A DNA stretch of 64,000 nt, taken from NCBI GenBank assembly GCA_907165135.1, contig OU015567.1:15314001-15378000 (forward strand). The letters are read 5' to 3'. The stretch is from Oikopleura dioica (lineage: Eukaryota; Animalia; Chordata). The translations under genes and the position numbers were made by a program. How positions within the stretch are numbered: the first letter of the stretch is position 1; each line of letters opens with the position of its first letter. The notes beneath the pieces are model-generated. The model was given only the letters and a program-made list of their open reading frames with translations, was not told the origin of the DNA and made no database searches. Below, in pieces: positions 1 to 12,601 of the stretch.

Positions 1-1163
1 ATCTTTTTAAAAGCATTGTTTCCGTAATTAGCTTAATTATCACCGCGTTTGCCTATGTATAGTAATATGGATCATGTGGTTTTTTCTAACTCTTGCGCAA
101 ATTTACCTTTCAATTCTATTCAACATCTATCACTCGAGCTAAAAAACTTGGCTCTGGCGATAGAATCAAACGTAAAATCCAACCAATTTAATTATTTGAA
201 TCAATCACCACATCCTTGTCACTAACTTTGTTTTATTTCCACCAACTATCAATCTCTGAGCTCCTTGACCCCATCAAGCGCCCCAAAAACATCCCATTCT
301 CCCCCCTAAAAAGCAGTTCCTGCTCCCAAAATGATGATTTATTCTGTGTATAAATAAACGAACGAATAATTCGACGATTCACGGTGAATTTATGAGTGCA
401 ATGATTAGTAACATACTAATTGTCTTTATTTATAGATTCACCTTTTTATTGAAGGGTTAAACTTGTGCATCTGCAAGTGAGGCTAGATTCTCAGCGTTGT
501 ATTTTTAGCTTGTTTCTATCGAATATTTATTTCTTCTCAATCAAGCCCTACCGGAGTTGAAATGAGTCGCTTTTAAGATAGAATTCAACACAAAACACGG
601 TCTAAAAGTGTTATGGAAAAAGTACCGTCTTCGGAAAAAGAATGAGTGGTCTGGTAATCCGTTCATAAAACACTTAGAAACGCGCGAATACTAGCGTTAA
701 ACAATATGATTTGATAAAGGAGCGAGTCTTTGATCGGGCTTCTGACACAATGATGTGCTAAATCTCCGCGAAATTCACCTTGGCCCCTGTCCAATACGTC
801 ATCGCAATACGACCTTGGGTATGCTGGGTTTGAACAGCTGGATATATCCGGCCGCAAGCCTCTATCAGATTATTTACTAGAAAAGTCCAAACGCATCAAT
901 CTGGGGACATTTTATGCCCCGGATTTTATGACGAAAGGAGTGGCGAAATCTGTTTTGTTTCAGTTTGAAAGTATCATTTTATTTACAGTATTACAGTTCT
1001 CGTTCAGAAGCAGGACAGACTCATTGTCTTTCGTTTTCAATAATTATCAAAATAGAAAACGCAAAACAGCAAAACAAAGTAAAGCACTCGAATATTTTAC
1101 GAAGAACTACTCAAGTTGGAAATCACTGTAGTTGAAGACTTGGTGCGTAAGCGGAGCGAAAGT

Positions 1164-3308
1164 TCACGCGCTTGATTTTTCTGGCCTGGAAAGGGTGCAA
1201 TCATACGTCATGAACCAGTCCACATCGAGGTTGGAAAGTTCGCCTTCTTGTGGCATCGCGATGTCGTCAAACTCGTCGGGGGTACTTTCGCGCATTGGCT
1301 AGAAGATATACAGTCAGGCTGGGGTTTGTTTGAGCTTTCGTTTTTGGTTATCGGCCAGAGAGGAACCGGTTTCGCTTTTTATAATTTCACATTTGGCTGG
1401 GAACAGCAAACAAACATCGAAAAAATCGGAAACTGCACTTTCGATACTGTCATTTCAGTTACCTTATCTGTTGATGACAGGGTGGAGGAGTTGGAGGACG
1501 ACTGGATCGAGTTGACCGAGTTGTTGCGCGTCGTCAACGCCGCCGCGGAACTGAGCGAGTTGAGACCGAAGGGAAGCGTCGGTGGCGGAACCATGAACTT
1601 GGCGGGAAGGGACAGCATCGTCGAGCGTTGGCTCAGACTCCGCTCTGGCTCGCTGCCAACGGAAGAGTCCAGCGAGTCGTCAGCGCCCAGCGAGCGGCGG
1701 CTGCTCTCCCGGCTGGCACGCATTACTGGCACTTCAGTACGACGAACTGAATAAGCATGTTTCTACTTGCAGAATATTCAATAGTTCAAATTCAAGTGAA
1801 GAGTAAATTTACATTCGTTTGAGAACTTTGCTCTCCTGTCATACTTTTGCGAGTAAATACTACATTAGAGGGCATCGCCTTCTTTGATTTATGAGCTTTG
1901 AATGCTATGAATATTAGAAAATTTTGATTATTGTTTTCACTCCTGTTTCTATGATGGAACTATCAATATGGATACGCAAAAATAGCTTCAAATAAAGTGG
2001 CCTATTGAAAGTATTTTCGTGCCGTCTATTGGAATGAAAGGATTCTTTGGGAAAGACCATTGATGCTACTGTTATTGCTATCGTCGATACGACAAGTAGC
2101 CGTCTGATTGAACTAGGTCGGTGTCTAAATGCGTTCCAAGAAGCTCCGTAAACTTGACAGCGTGTCACGAAACACGGCTATTACGCAAATATTTCTCTGT
2201 AAAGCATGCCAACATCCTGTCTGTCAGGATAAGGAGTCCCATGCTGTTCAGGAAATATTTTCCTCTTTCATAAAACTTGCTCGAGTGACTGTATGTTTTA
2301 CCTGCATATTTCTTCTTTTCTTCTTCGCTCCGGACGATCTTATCGCTCTTAAGAAAATGTTAAAGGACTTTCGGAGATAAGAATCGTTTTCATAATGAAA
2401 ATGCCAAGAATGGTTCTTATTCTCGACTAATTTCGGCCCGACAGAAATGGTCAATTAAATCTGGGACCGCGAATCTGTCCAAATTTGGCACATTTGACAG
2501 AGCCTACACGTAAAAGGGATTATTGATGATCAGAGCAAGTCAGAGAGTTGTCCAAACAAGACACCCAGTTCATCAAACTTTCAATTTCAGTCGTATTTCC
2601 ATATTGGAATAAAGAAAACCGCGGCCCTCTTTGAATTGAGCAATGAATTTTTTGGCGTCTTGATTTGCTTTATTTAACACGATGTAGTAAATCGCGCATG
2701 TTTGATCTGTTCGTGTCAAACTAGGTCCCGTAAATTTTATGGATTATTGCGATGGGAGCTCGCCCGGTGCGCACTTTGACAAGATCGAGAGTAAGCGGAA
2801 AGTACTGGTTCTTTTGACAGGCAAATTTTAAATTCAAAGGGGTTTTTCTCGTCTTTCAGAAGATACAAAAGGTCAAAGTGTTTCGAATTACGCGGCCTAA
2901 GTGACCCTCATGCCGAAATTTTTTAAATAAGCCCGATCATTTGCGATTGAGTTACAAAGGGCAGGTCCTCAAAAAGTTCGAAGTTTGGCAGGTCATTATA
3001 ACTAGGTTAATCGAGAACAAGATTGATTCCAGCAGCACTTGAGAGAGTTCCAAAGTTCAAGAGCTTACCTGATCATTGTAACTTTGCGTTTCTTCCTTCA
3101 AAGCGCGGATTTGCTGGTACAACGAGACGTATTTTTCAATCAACTGGGCGTCGCTTACTGTCAGCGCCAGCTACAAAAATAAATTAATCCCACTTTGAAT
3201 CACTTGCGGATTTACAAACAATCCAAAATGCCTAAATTTGGACCCTTTTTTTAATTAGTTTATTTTGACCTGTTCTAAAATTACGATTTTCTGATGTATC
3301 TTTTCCAT
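1164..3308 (-). CDS. Multi-exon protein with an N-terminal LURAP/FAM89-like helical motif and a Ser-rich tail
   Basis: Four exons join in phase 0 at GT-AG sites: MEKIHQKIVILEQ | LALTVSDAQLIEKYVSLYQQIRALKEETQSYNDQ | KHAYSVRR...SSTDK (ORF 1379-1732 frame) | PMRESTPDEF...DVDWFMTYDCTLSRPEKSSA*. The D-x2-L-x5-SLY-x2-I-x3-K pattern resembles the FAM89/LURAP motif as recalled. Confidence 0.45.
2456..2737. mobile_element. Possible degenerate MITE in an intron
   Basis: Imperfect inverted ends TAAATCTGGGACC (2456) and GGTCCCGTAAATTT (~2724-2737); no TSD identified. Confidence 0.25.
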
Positions 3309-4574
3309 GTCGTAATTTTTTTTAAGACCGTGGACCACGGTGGTCCCTTTGGAAAAGAATTTATTTCCTAGTTCTCAGGAGTCGAAAAAGGGATCGCTAG
3401 ATGGCTACCGGCAACGGCTGTTGGGACTTGTACCTCTGTCAGGTGACTGCGGTCGCCAGGGGATATGCCTGATCAAACGGGACGTACTTCAAATGACTAC
3501 TCCTAAATGCATCACGCGAGGCTTTAGCTGTCGGTCTTTATTAATTAACTTTTGCAAGGCAGGCAATCACCTCAGTTCCTCCTTTTCATATTTATGCAAT
3601 ATGCCGGGAGGAAGCTCATTGCAGTGGAATCCGATGCATACTCATCTGGAGACCACCCAAGAGAAAGATCAAACGAGCGCGTTCCCAAATCGGCGGAAAG
3701 GTGGCTTTGATCCCTCTCTCGCGTGATGCTACTATTTTTGGTCCCGGTTGCAGACAATCCAGATTTGTTTGTTGTTTATCGGAAACACAATGGGCGACAT
3801 TGAAATTGCCGCTGTGGAAGTTTTTTTTTGGGAATGTTGTTTATTTCAAGTTCTCTTTTAGAGCCTTAGCCGCATGGGCTTGAGACTGGAAATTGAATTA
3901 TTTTCTGGAAATTCGATTTGAGAAAATAGAAAGAAGGGTTGGTTTTAGGGGCGAGTGGCGCTCATCCAGCGAGTTTACAGGCGATAATCGTATGCGAAAT
4001 CAGCTGGGGCCAAGATCAATATTTTATGCAGATTATTTTAAACTGCCCTACTTAAAAATCAGATTCGCGAGAAGGCAATAACTCGGCTTGATTTAGAGTT
4101 ACTGGCGTGACCTTCAAGCTCTTTTCTAACAGTAACAAAGGGGGCTTGTTACTGTCAGTCAGGGGAAGTAGCCAAGTATCAGTTACGAAATGGATTAATA
4201 ATACTGGGAGGAGTTGAATCATTGAATGGTTCCCGCGGTCGACCTTGAATGCCCTTCATGAGTCGAGATCAGACCACTGAAAAGTCCACCTCTCTTTGGG
4301 TATCGTTTGTAGGGCCTTGCGATAGAAAAGAGAGAAATAACGAACTCAGCGGGAAAGACTGTAGTTATCTGAACTTTGTGCGATCTCTTTTGACAGCTTG
4401 TTTATCCGTGCAAATATCCTTTATGCCACGAAATTGTATTTGCATCTACAATAAAAAGAAGAGCATATTCTAACTTAGCGTGGCGATGAATTCAATCTAT
4501 GCCGATAATTGCACCGATAATTGTTCAATCCAGCCAATGAACATTTGGAAAATCAATTTCGCGCTTTTACAGAT

Positions 4575-5480
4575 TTAGATATGTCTCCTTGATTTATGAT
4601 CAACTTGGGTACTCACCAGTTCTTCCTGAATGTTTCTCAGCTTCGGTTGGCTTGCAGTAACAGCCCTGTGTTTTGGAAGATTTCCACCGGCGATCATCTG
4701 GACGTACTCGGGCACAACCGTACCCGGAATCTGCGGGAGCTCTATTTTCTTCATTTTATGTCTCTCTTTCTTCTTTACGGTCCTCTCTCTTTTCTGTTTC
4801 CGTCTGTTTGCGTTCAAGCCAATTCAGAAATATGAAAAATAAAGAAAAGCTTCAGGTGTTTCAGATTAAAGGATTTGATTTTTATAAGTTATTGAACGGG
4901 AAAGGGCGACGCTTGATTTTTTCGAAAAACTGCGATGGCTTCGGTGAGATCGCGCGCGCAGGCAGCACGCGGGCGCCATCCCAAAAGCGCGGAGATGAGC
5001 TTCGAAAAATTGTGGAAAACCGCTTTGAATTCCGATTCCGTATCTGCAGCATTTGACCGTCAACTTGGAAGATATGAGGGCTAATCGGGGGTGCAGGTGA
5101 GCTTGTCAGGGTTGAGTCAGAACGGAGTTTCTTTTGATTGCGAATGTTAGCATTGAAGGCTTTCGAATACGGTTTATATTCTGGTAAGATTCTGATAACC
5201 CTAACCCTAACTCTAACCCTAACTTTAACCCTAACCCTAACAATGATAGAAATTGAAACATTTCACTTTGCTGGTGACACCCTTAAGACTCAATTTAGAA
5301 CGAGGTAATTTAGCGGTTGAATAGGTGCCTGAGCACTTCCGAACGGCGTGGTTCATCATGTCAGGAATCTCCTCATCCATGAAGCTGTCGATTGATTGAT
5401 TGATGATTCTGTAAATAGCAGTTCTCTCCGAACAATTTGCAATTGAAGATCAACTTGTACCACCTTGAAAGTCATTTCCG
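4575..5480 (-). CDS. Hypothetical multi-exon protein (partial model)
   Basis: Open exon-like segments bounded by splice-like sites: NHQSIDSFMDEEIPDMMNHAVRKC..., LPEYKPYSKAFNANIRNQKKLRSDS..., and ORF 4575-4817 ending EEL|GTGAGT. No family recognised. Confidence 0.3.
5196..5241 (-). repeat. Interstitial telomere-like (TTAGGG)n array, about 7 imperfect units
   Basis: taaccctaaccctaactctaaccctaactttaaccctaaccctaac; ends a few nt from a predicted CAG acceptor on the minus strand. Confidence 0.9.
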
Positions 5481-7242
5481 ACTGGCGTCATCAATCACTC
5501 TCGCTCAGATTTGCGCTTTATTCCCGTCTCATTAGTTTGTCCTTGAAATCGGCGAGGGCGGTGACCTCGTTGTTGGGATTTCCTGTGGTGATATTTCAAA
5601 AGACAAAAAAGCCCTGTTTTAGAGATGAAAAACAAATGCTTGTGGTGGGTGGATTCCCTTTATCGGTGCACTTTGTTTTGACAAGCTTAAAAAGGCTCTT
5701 AGAGATTTTCGTATAATCAGCTACTAGAATCGATGATTCATTGTTGGTGACTACATAATGAATACCTTCATTTTTAGCTATCCTGATGGCGCTAGAATTC
5801 CTCCGAAATTGGGTGATTCGCAGATTGTCTTCTCAAGGCTGTAAAACTTGCTGGTAGCCTCGTTGTCTGCCTTTTTGTGTTTTATGTATTTTTTCAACCC
5901 AGAATCAGAATATCAAAAAATACGACCAGCCTTGTTTGTTTGCAAGCGGCAATAAATTACGGCTAAAAAGGTCAGTCCACTCCTGCTGATGTTTATGGCA
6001 ATGAAGTCAAAGCGGCGTTACTGGAATACTGTCAGCGACCGCGACTGTCTCAGTTTGTTGGTTTCAGTCACCATTCTCGTCGAAGATGTGTTTATTTGGG
6101 GATTAATTATGGCTACTTATCAGTATTTACAACTCCGCCAGGCGGAAGATAAAAAACTGAAAGGACTCTGATTTCTGCTTTCTTGTCCTGGAAAGAGCGG
6201 AACCAACGCTAAGCCAGGCTATTGACGGTAAAAGCCGGAGGTGACGGGCTACTTCAACTCTGACTTTGGAAAGACTTTCAAAAAGCTGACGAAATCGAGC
6301 TCAAGAGGCCATTCACTCAAAAGTAGCTTCAAATGAGAATAGAGTCTATTAGACTGTCGCTGTTTTCGACAACATAAATATTGGACACTGTAAATATTGC
6401 TTACTGTTGTCTTTGACCGTGAGAGTAGTGTAGCTAATGTGTGAGCTTTTCTTGAACAGCACTGGAGTTTCCTTGACCTTGATCCGAGCGCAAATTTGAA
6501 AAATCTTAGCTTCGGCACTATAAAACAAAGAAACGGGCTACAGTGATGACAGTAAGTCTCAATCTTACTGTATTCCCATGAACCCTGGTCCATGGAGCAT
6601 GTGATCTGGTTGTTTTCCAGACACTCGGAAGAACCACTACAGTAGCATTAATAAAACAGCGAAATATAAATTTGCTTTGAGAGATCCTGAAGCTGCTCTT
6701 CTTTTTGAGACAAATTCTTCCTCGTGATCAAATAAATTCACATGTAACCGTATAATTTCTACAGTCATCTTTATCCACACCTTCTTCACATTTAGTTTTA
6801 TGCGTCTGCATTCAACTTAACGAGCCGATTGAAAGAAAACGAGAATGTATTTCATTGCTTCCGGCCTTTCAAATTCTCAAGCGGCGACTCAGAAGTGATC
6901 TACAGGGGGTTAAATTCATATTACAGTCTTGTTAGTTTCGACAGCGCAGCGGGGTGCCGGGCGGTAGATCACCCGAGGAATGTTTAGAGAGACCTTTTCA
7001 TCTCGATTACTGTTCATTTTCGCTAAATATACCTTGCTAAGAAAAACGCCAGTCTTTTATTTGCTAAACAGAAGTTTCATAACTTCTGGTAATAGTCGAT
7101 AAGTGGAATCGGAAGATACTGTATTCACCAACTTCCGGTTTTAATCGAAACCTCGAGCTTCTGTCAATCCACTCAATGAATAAATCAATCATGCAAATAA
7201 AAATGAAAATTCTCACTAGTCTAGTGACACTAGAGATAAACC

Positions 7243-8070
7243 CCTATACCGTATAGCCTATACGGTATAGGCTATACGGTATAGCCTATACGATTTGACC
7301 TTCCTCTCAAGATAATCTTCTGAAAATCTCAGATAAGTTAGTCAAATATTCTCTTTCGAACTGCACTTATAAATTATCCGAGAAATATATATTTTGTCGT
7401 CAAGTTAAGGACAGTTACTTTCTTATTCTTATATTTTTATGAGAACATTATATTAAATTTTCATCTTATTAACATTGATTTTCAGATTCTCTATATAAGA
7501 AAACCCATAGATAACCTAAGAAACTGAAGCAAAGATGAATCTTTTAGAGAAAGGGAGTTTTTTCTTTTACAGGAGCGCGCGTGGTGTCGTAAGAAAATCA
7601 GTACTCGTACGACACTTATTCGGCTAATCACGCTGAATTTTTAGGTGAAGGTGCGCAAGTCTTGAGAAAATACTCACTTGAATTTTCAGGTCATTCCCAC
7701 CAACCAGTTCCGATCGGTGGGCAATTTATCCCGATATCGACAAAAATTCTACACTTCAGGTATACCTAGGGTCTTCGCGAAAAAAAACCTAAAATAGGGT
7801 ACCTTCTTATAAAATACCCTATACCGTAAAGGCTATACGGTTCTTTGTTGTTTTTATTTGTTAAAGCTTCCGGTTTTTGATTAAACCATCTTCAGTTTCT
7901 TTTGAATGGAAAGGAATAGAAAATTTTTCACACTTGACAACAAAAAATTATAAACCGATGTCAACAACAGTATAGCCTACACTGTATAGGCTACACGGGA
8001 TAAGTGGACATTTCAAGAAGAGTAGACATTTCAAGATAACGGACATTTCAAAAGAGAGGACGTTTCAAGA
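7243..8070. repeat. Clusters of a palindromic TATAGCCTATACGG-type motif plus a short GGACATTTCAAGA tandem
   Basis: Motif clusters at 7243-7292, 7817-7840 and 7969-7998; four GGACATTTCAAG-like copies at ~8006-8070. Confidence 0.7.
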
Positions 8071-8482
8071 AATCACTGAAATGTCACTTTTGCTGATCAA
8101 TGGAACCTTATCTTGTCAGTCCCACGACCAATTTTAACCGATTTAAGTCCCTTATTGATCTCAAAATAGAGCGATATTATATATCGTTGCGATTTTTAAG
8201 TTTTGGAATCATCATCGTCCATGAATACAATTTAATAATAATGATAATAAAATGCAGATATAAACCTGCCAGGAAAAGACCCGTTAAAACTGATACGACG
8301 TAAGAAATGTCCTGGTTTCACAACTATGAGTCAAGGAAAAATTATTTTTAATGGAGATTCTTGATTCCACAGAATTTGTTTAATGCAAATTTAAATATCA
8401 AATGGACTGAACCAATCGAGTTATATTTGTGAGTCAATTTCAAAATGCTAAGAATAATTACGAAATTTCATTCTCTTTAGAA

Positions 8483-8698
8483 ATGAGATTTTTTGGTATT
8501 CTCGTGTTTTTCGGAAGATATCTCGGAAGCGATTGTAGCTTTACAGCTCGCAAGCCTCCCAAAGATCTTGAAAATAGCGAGAATTTCCTCCAAAACCCAA
8601 ACGCTAGAACACTCGACAATTTTTTTAACAATGAGTCAACTGAACTACGAATATTGAAGAGCGACATGATCGAGAGGATCAAGGAAGAATGCCCGTGA
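8483..8698 (+). CDS. Hypothetical small, possibly secreted protein (first exon)
   Basis: ATG at 8483 directly after a TTCTCTTTAG acceptor-like site; hydrophobic N-terminus MRFFGILVFFG; exon ends at a GTGAGT donor. Confidence 0.3.
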   Translation: MRFFGILVFFGRYLGSDCSFTARKPPKDLENSENFLQNPNARTLDNFFNNESTELRILKSDMIERIKEECP

Positions 8699-9201
8699 GT
8701 TATTATATTTTTTATTATTAAGTCGATTTAAATAGATAAATTTAAAGAATAGGCATCCGACAATTATTATTAATTCTTGAGAGGATTCATGAGAGATCAA
8801 CACCGAAAATCTCAATTTTTATTATTATTTTTAATTTTTTAAATAGTTTGCAATAGTGACATCGATATTTTCGACGAGTGTTTTCTCATCTGCCGCGTCG
8901 ATTACCTTCAATGCAGAGCGGAATGTAACAGCGCGCTTTGCGAAACAGATTGTTCCACCAAATTCGGAGGTAGCTATTTTTTCAAGCTTTTTTAAAGTCA
9001 GCCTTAGACTGTACATCTTACTGTCCTTGTGGAGCAAACTGTCCGAACCAGAGTTTGTAAAATAGTGCACTCTAAATGTGCTTCATAATGAAGTGCACTT
9101 CTTTCAACCGTATTCAGCAACTTAAAATGCACAAGTGTGCTATTTTCCTTTCCTTTTTCCAAATAAAGCCCTTATTGGCTCTATAAGGCGCTATGATTTA
9201 A

Positions 9202-9932
9202 GGGACCCGGGCGAGTAACGCGAAGTCCAACTTCAAGCGCTTGGCATTGATCGTTCAGGAATGCGTTTTTGAAATATATTTTTGCTTAACATATCTTTAT
9301 TCTCTTAGCTTTCACCTTCCACTTTCAGATTCTGTATATCAAAATTAATTTTAAGAAAGAGTAAAAAAGAGAAGTTCAACTTAAAAAGGCATCAACTCCT
9401 GAAAACTTCATTTTATTGACATAACAAGTACCATTAAAAAGCCCATAAAATTCTGAACCGATCATACGTATTGCGCTAAGCTGAAACCGTACTAATTAGC
9501 GATAAAGACCAGATAAACAAGAAAACTTAGCGCGCGCAGAGCGGAATCATGTCACTGAAGCCCAAAATATACCGATCGGAGTGTCCTGCCGTGCTGAAAG
9601 CGCTCACTCTCTTTGTTTATCAGCGCAATCAGGGCAATAAGTACAGTTCCAGCTAAGCGCAATATGTATGATCTGTTCAGAATTTAATGGGCTTTTAATG
9701 GTGCTAGTCTTATGTCAATAAAATGAAGTTTGCAGGAGTTGATGCCTTTAAAGTTGAAATTCTCTTATTTGTCTAACTCAAAAATTTATTATGATATAAG
9801 AAATCTAAAAATAAGAGGTGAAAGCTGACAGAATAAAGATATGTTTAGCAAAGGAGAATTTCAAAAAAAGCTCATCTGAAAGATCATCGGCGAGCGCATG
9901 AAGTTAGACTTCGCGTTACTCGCCCGGGTCCC
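9202..9932. mobile_element. 731-bp palindromic MITE flanked by TTAA (Kolobok-like termini)
   Basis: TTAA|GGGACCCGGGCGAGTAACGCGAAGTC ... GACTTCGCGTTACTCGCCCGGGTCCC|TTAA; the two halves remain recognisably complementary for ~340 bp; no ORF. Confidence 0.8.
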
Positions 9933-10089
9933 TTAAATCGCCTTATCGTGGCAGATGAAGTGGCAAATAAAGTCGCATAAAGAATCGACAGCTGCAGTGC
10001 ATTTTTTCTTTTTGTAGCGCACGTGAAGTAGGTATTCCGGGCCTTTTCTACAACAAATACCCTTCAAAATGAAGCCCGCACTACAGATT

Positions 10090-11771
10090 TTTGAAGCAGA
10101 AAGTGCGCTTATTTACAAACTCTGGTTCGAACGGCTGCAAAGGCTGTGAAAACTCGATCTGCTCGATTGATGAATGTGAAGAAGCGGAAATAGAGAATGA
10201 TGACTTCATTCAATGCCGAGAAGAGGCCCTCGCAGCTCAAGTTAATATTTTTCTTTTGATAAGAGAATAAGTTTTAAGGCAAGCTGCATCCGATCCTGCC
10301 CGCCCGAGCAAGATTGCTTTGAAATTTGCAATCAAAAATTTTTGGAGAACCTGAATATTTGTCCATGCGTTCAGGTTAATTTCCTATTAGGGCATCCCTC
10401 CCAATTTTGAAAAATTCTCTGATGAATTTTATTTACAAATCCAGACCCCAGGTTCGACTTTGAAATGGCTTTTACTACGTTTTGGCGACTCGAAGGTCAC
10501 TATCATTATCAAAATCATTATCGAATCACTGTCATTATCAAATTGGAAGAGATAAAATTCTAAGATAGCTTTGTTCAATAAAATGTAGTTCGACCTAAAA
10601 ATTTGCAAAATTGGGAGGGCGAATTCTTGATGACAGTGCTAACAAATAACGGATATTATGTTTACTCAGGAAAAAACAACTACAACAGCAATAACTACAA
10701 CAGTCTCAACATCCGCCAAGGTTAATAAAAGATTCGATTTATAAAAGACTCATAGATTCAGCGTCTTCTGGTAATGGGACGAGAACTGAGCCAAGCTTTC
10801 TCAATTTCTTTCGATGGAACGGAGAAAACAGCAGCAATCATAACAGCACCTGATAACAACTTTATTGATGGGGGTCCTTTCGCACTTGTTAAAGGGAACT
10901 TATACATTTTTGGTGGTTATTTTGACGATCGACAAGTAATGTAAACACATGATTTTGAAAAATATAAACATTAAGATCGTCAAATTGACCGGCTGTGAAT
11001 TGATTCAAGAGCCGACGACACTGATTTACCACATGTCCTATGGCTCCGCTGCGTTAACAATGGGAGACAAAGCATTAATTTGCTTCGATCGTCCGGCTGC
11101 ACGAATTAATATATATAGTCGATGTGAAATTTACGATGGTGAATATACAAGTAAAACTTACGCAGCCATCTCTGGACATTTTGGAGGAAACCTTGGCTAC
11201 TTCAACGGCCAGCCTACGACCGTTGGGGGTTTTGGGTATGATTACCTGATAGACACAAGAAAAGTAGAGACTCTGACACCGCTTGGCTGGCGCTATCTAG
11301 CTGATTTCCCGAGGTAGTTAAAAAATTAATCATATATTATGATTCATATTAAATGGCCAATTTATTAACATCATCAAAGTCCTATTGCTGGTCATGTTTT
11401 AATGGGGCTTCCAAGTGGAAGTCTTTTGCTTGCAGGAGGAGCAAATGACGAAGTCTTCGGCGAAAAAGCCAAAACACAAATTTGGCTTCTCGAAACCGAC
11501 AGATGGGAAAAAATCGGTGATCTTCAAAATGTATAAATCAAAGATTATCGTTTTTAAACTTATTACTTTTAAGGCTGATTATTTGCAATCCGCAATTATG
11601 ATCAAGGACTCAGTTTTCATTGTCTCTGGCGCTGAAAGTCGTAACAGAATTGAGCGGCTCGACTTTAGAGGAGACCAGCTGATCGATCAAGAAACAATTG
11701 ACGATGGCAACCCAAATAGACATGACTATATTCCAGTTCTCTTCGAAGCATCCGCTGGCTATTGTGTCTAA
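10090..11771 (+). CDS. Cys-rich N-terminal region, Thr-rich linker and Kelch-like beta-propeller protein (5' part unclear, possibly disrupted)
   Basis: Exons read GCKGCENSICSIDEC...CIRSCPPEQDCFEIC...CPC, TTTTAITTT, LYIFGG, ALICFD, CEIYDG, HFGGNLG, TVGGFG, KVETL, FIVSG (ORFs 10949-11317 and 11415-11771). Confidence 0.7.
10396..10619. mobile_element. Possible small MITE (14-bp inverted repeat)
   Basis: CCCTCCCAATTTTG (10396-10409) and CAAAATTGGGAGGG (10606-10619) are perfect reverse complements; no TSD seen. Confidence 0.35.
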
Positions 11772-12044
11772 TTAAAATGCTGTTTTTTCAAAAAATAAAC
11801 GATTAAAATTGAAGATTTGATTCTGAAGTGCTTGGAAAATGATTTTTTTTTCTATTATATTTATTCAATAAAAGTTGAAATTTCAAATTTCTATGTTCAT
11901 GAATAGACATATTTTGTTCGATCCACCATTAGATAACCTGGTGTTTATTCATTGAACCTTACAGAAATTACTCTTACGATATTGAAATAGTCGTAAAGAG
12001 AAACATTTTTTGGAATTATTTTATTCCTCCTCGATGCAATCTTC

Positions 12045-12420
12045 TCAGACAGACACAACATACAGTTCGTGATCGTAAGTTCCGTAGTTTTTTCGCGGAA
12101 TTTGTGCAGTTGACCTGGAGCTCTGGAGAAGATTCTCTCTCGAAGAGGTTTTGTTGATTTCATCTTGACTTTTACGGTTCTTTTTGTGATCTTACTTCAG
12201 TAACACTCAAGTGTTTAGGAATTTTGATTATTGAAGAACCGATTCGAGAGACTCTAAAATGGAAGTTGTTCTCGACGATTGAGATATTCTTGGGAGTCCC
12301 TTCTATTTCCGCCTGCTTGAAAAAGTAAAAAGCGAAAATGATTACAATAATCGCGATGAGGATAAAAATTGACTCCGTCATCTTCAAGTCCTTCTCTGAA
12401 AAAGAAATCGAGTTTCCCAT
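12045..12420 (-). CDS. Hypothetical small single-pass membrane protein
   Basis: ORF 12172-12420 MGNSISF...IFILIAIIVIIFAFYFF with one hydrophobic segment; a possible second exon ends at the TGA at 12045. Confidence 0.35.
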
Positions 12421-12601
12421 GTTTTTGAGCCACCAAAATTATGCAAATAAAAAGTTAAGAGGCTGTTAAGCGGGATTACTTTCGCGCTTTTTCGGTAAAG
12501 TAATTAGTCCTGCTCCATTTTGAATCAGCTTGATTAGCTTCGACAATCGTAAATTATTGACCCTCGATTCTTATTTTTCAAAGAAGCTACTGTATTTATT
12601 A

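Noticed and set aside
6249-6593. 114-aa minus-strand ORF as a transposase or retroelement relic
   Set aside because: No catalytic or family motif recognised.
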